DNA of 64,000 bases, taken from Octopus sinensis. Its lineage: Eukaryota. Location of the stretch: assembly GCF_006345805.1 (NCBI RefSeq), contig NC_043011.1, forward strand, positions 53,704,464-53,768,463. Reading direction: 5' to 3'. A program made the position numbers and the translations under genes. Positions 61,939 through 64,000 of the stretch are shown piece after piece. Under the pieces are notes generated by a model. It worked only from the letters and a program-made list of their open reading frames with translations, made no database searches and was not told where the DNA came from. How positions within the stretch are numbered: the stretch's first letter is position 1; each line of letters opens with the position of its first letter.

Positions 61939-63091
61939 CAAGGTGTTTGATTAAATTTAACAATTTGCATAAAAGGAAAGAAACCACAATATTCCATTCA
62001 AAAACAAAAATATTTTGAACAATCAAAAAATACCAACTAGATTATGGCTAAGAGATTGTGGTTTACTCAAAATAGCTGCCCTCAGTTTCCACCACGACCT
62101 CAGCATGACTCCAGAACCTGGTGCCTGCATTCTTCACTGTGTCCCTGGGAAGATCTTTGAATACCTTCTTGATCTAGACACCCCCCCCCTGCTCAGCTTT
62201 GGTGTTGTGTTAGAGCAGTTGGTGTCTTTCTTAACTGTATGCTACACGTAGTGATCTGTGGGATTATAATCAAAGGGATTAGGAAGCGATAAACTGGAAC
62301 TGGTGAAGTTGATGAAATTCTCTGATAATCACTTTTGACTCTTTCTGGTGGTATGGCAAGGATCAGAATCCTCTGCCAAACATATGGCCTTTGGAGCATC
62401 AAAACTCACCAGCCAAGGACTGAACATAGTCTCCAGCAGCTTCGTACAGCCTTCTGAATAGAGCTCAAGTCTCTGCTGAAAGACGTGGGAATGAATTAAT
62501 TAGAGCATGCAGACGCAGTCAGAATCTCTACTGTTTTTCCCTGCTGGCCACAGCTTCATAGTCTCCATTGCAACTGTCAAAGGTTTTGTCTTACAGCCTT
62601 TTGCAGTGTTCACAGAGCATTAAACCACAGTCATGATATTGAGATTGTGATATTCAACACGAATCATCATGATGCAGGTAACTCTTTTCCAATATTCAAA
62701 TGACTTCCAGTCTTCCATGTCTTATTTCTTTACTGCCCACAAGGGGCTAAACATACAGGGGACAAACAAGGACAGACAAAGGGATTAAGTCGATTACATC
62801 AACCCCAGTGCTTAACTGGTACTTGATTTATCAATCCCGAAAGGATGAAAGGCAAGGTCAACCTCGGCGGAATTTGAACTCAGAATGTAATGGCAGACGA
62901 AATGCCGCTCATCATTTTGGCCGGCTTGCTAAAGTTTCTGCCAGCTCACTGCCTTCCATGTCTGTTAACTTTTTCTCAACTGTAACTTTAACCTTTATGC
63001 TCTCCAATGCCATTGACTATTCACCAATACATCAAGCAGTTTCTGATAAGAGGAGACATAGAATATCATAAAATTTAACCCGGACACCTGG
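61939..63091 (-). mobile_element. maT/DD37D-type relic with nested MetaSINE (62723-62952), duplicate copy 2
   Basis: Near-identical to 60288-61446, offset ~1650 bp. Confidence 0.8.
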
Positions 63092-63509
63092 TATAATCAT
63101 ACTCATTTACTTGTTTCAGTCATTTTGACTGTGGCCATGCTGGAGCACCGCCTTTAGTCAAACAAAATCGATCTTTGGACTTATTCTTTATAAGCCTAGT
63201 ACTTATTCTATCGGTCTCTTTTTGCCGAACCATTTATTCCTTTGGAATAAAACCAATGTTGTCTTTGAAACATATGTCGAAAGTAAAAGAATTTGAATAA
63301 CACCTGCATTCAACTCCATTTATTTTCTTATACTATACAAATTATTGCACATTAACTTGGAGTTTCTACCTTTGAATAGGTCGCTACATCCTTGTTACTT
63401 GCGTGAATTTTGCTACCCTGGTAACTGTTTATTGAATTTTCCATGTTAACTGTAAGCAAAGGATAATTCATTCATCCATTTACACATATTTCAACAGATT
63501 ATGTATATA

Positions 63510-64000
63510 TATATATATATGTATGTGTGTGTATATGTTTGTGTGTCTGTGCTTGCCCCCCCCCCCGGCATCACTTGACAACCAATGCTGGTGTGTTTAC
63601 GTCCCTGTTAAGGTGGCGAGCTGGCAGAATCGTTAGCACGCCGGCCGAAATGCTTTGCGGTATTTCGTCCGCCGCTGCGTTCTGAGTTCAAATTCCACCG
63701 AGGTCGACTTTGCCTTTCATCCTTTCGGGGTCGATAAATTAAGTACCAGTTATGCACTGGGGTCGATGTAATCGACTTAATTCGTTTGTCTGTCCTTGTT
63801 TGTCCCCTCTGTGTTTAGCCCCTTGTGGGTAGTAAAGAGATACATTACGTCCCTGTAACTTAGCAGTTCGGCAAAAGAGACAGATAGAATAAGTACTAGG
63901 CTTACAAAGAATAAATCCTGGGGTCGATTTGCTCAACTAAAGGTGGTGCTCCAGCATGGCTGCAGTCAAATGACTAAAACAAGTAAAAGAAAGAAAAAGA
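63510..64000 (+). mobile_element. SINE family A 3' half with nested MetaSINE
   Basis: Family A sequence interrupted at ~63609-63844. Confidence 0.88.
63611..63844 (+). mobile_element. MetaSINE-type element, CpG-rich (young-looking)
   Basis: tRNA-like head ggtggcgagctggcagaatcg...gagttcaaattcc; Meta core gaggtcgactttgcctttcatcctttcggggtcgataaattaagtaccag; TSD ttacgtccctgt at 63597-63608 and 63845-63856. Confidence 0.88.

Larger units (their letters stand above)
60240..63505. repeat. Tandem duplication, ~1.65-kb unit, two copies
   Basis: Matching landmarks offset by 1651 bp (60288/61939) and 1648 bp (61844/63492); junctions in (TA)n. Confidence 0.92.

Overview
Repeat-saturated, AT-rich eukaryotic DNA. 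The SINE families and (TA)n/(CATA)n/(AAT)n/(CAC)n content look like an octopod cephalopod genome (inference from family recognition, no search run). No host protein-coding gene can be supported: the long ORFs in the track are microsatellite artefacts and the protein-like ORFs are transposon relics (two hAT, one hAT-like, Tigger/pogo, mariner, three maT/DD37D-type, RTE LINEs). Also present: over 20 copies of a tRNA-derived SINE (family A), several MetaSINE-type copies, a V-type SINE, piggyBac/mariner MITEs and Helentron-like elements. The standout signal is about ten hammerhead-ribozyme (HHR) motifs from apparently different short element families. They have type I topology (stem I-CUGANGA-stem II-GAAA-stem III-NUH-stem I), a self-complementary stem III, and mostly sit in (TA)n tracts as inverted or tandem-plus-inverted copies, which is the known signature of Penelope-like pLTRs and retrozymes. 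Best cases: a tRNA-headed SINE carrying a complete HHR (54121-54380), a ~485-bp retrozyme-like unit (29292-30406), an intact-core HHR at 40081-40125, and an inverted copy starting 2 nt from the predicted cleavage site (23570-23780). All structures were folded by eye; coordinates of degenerate repeats are approximate.
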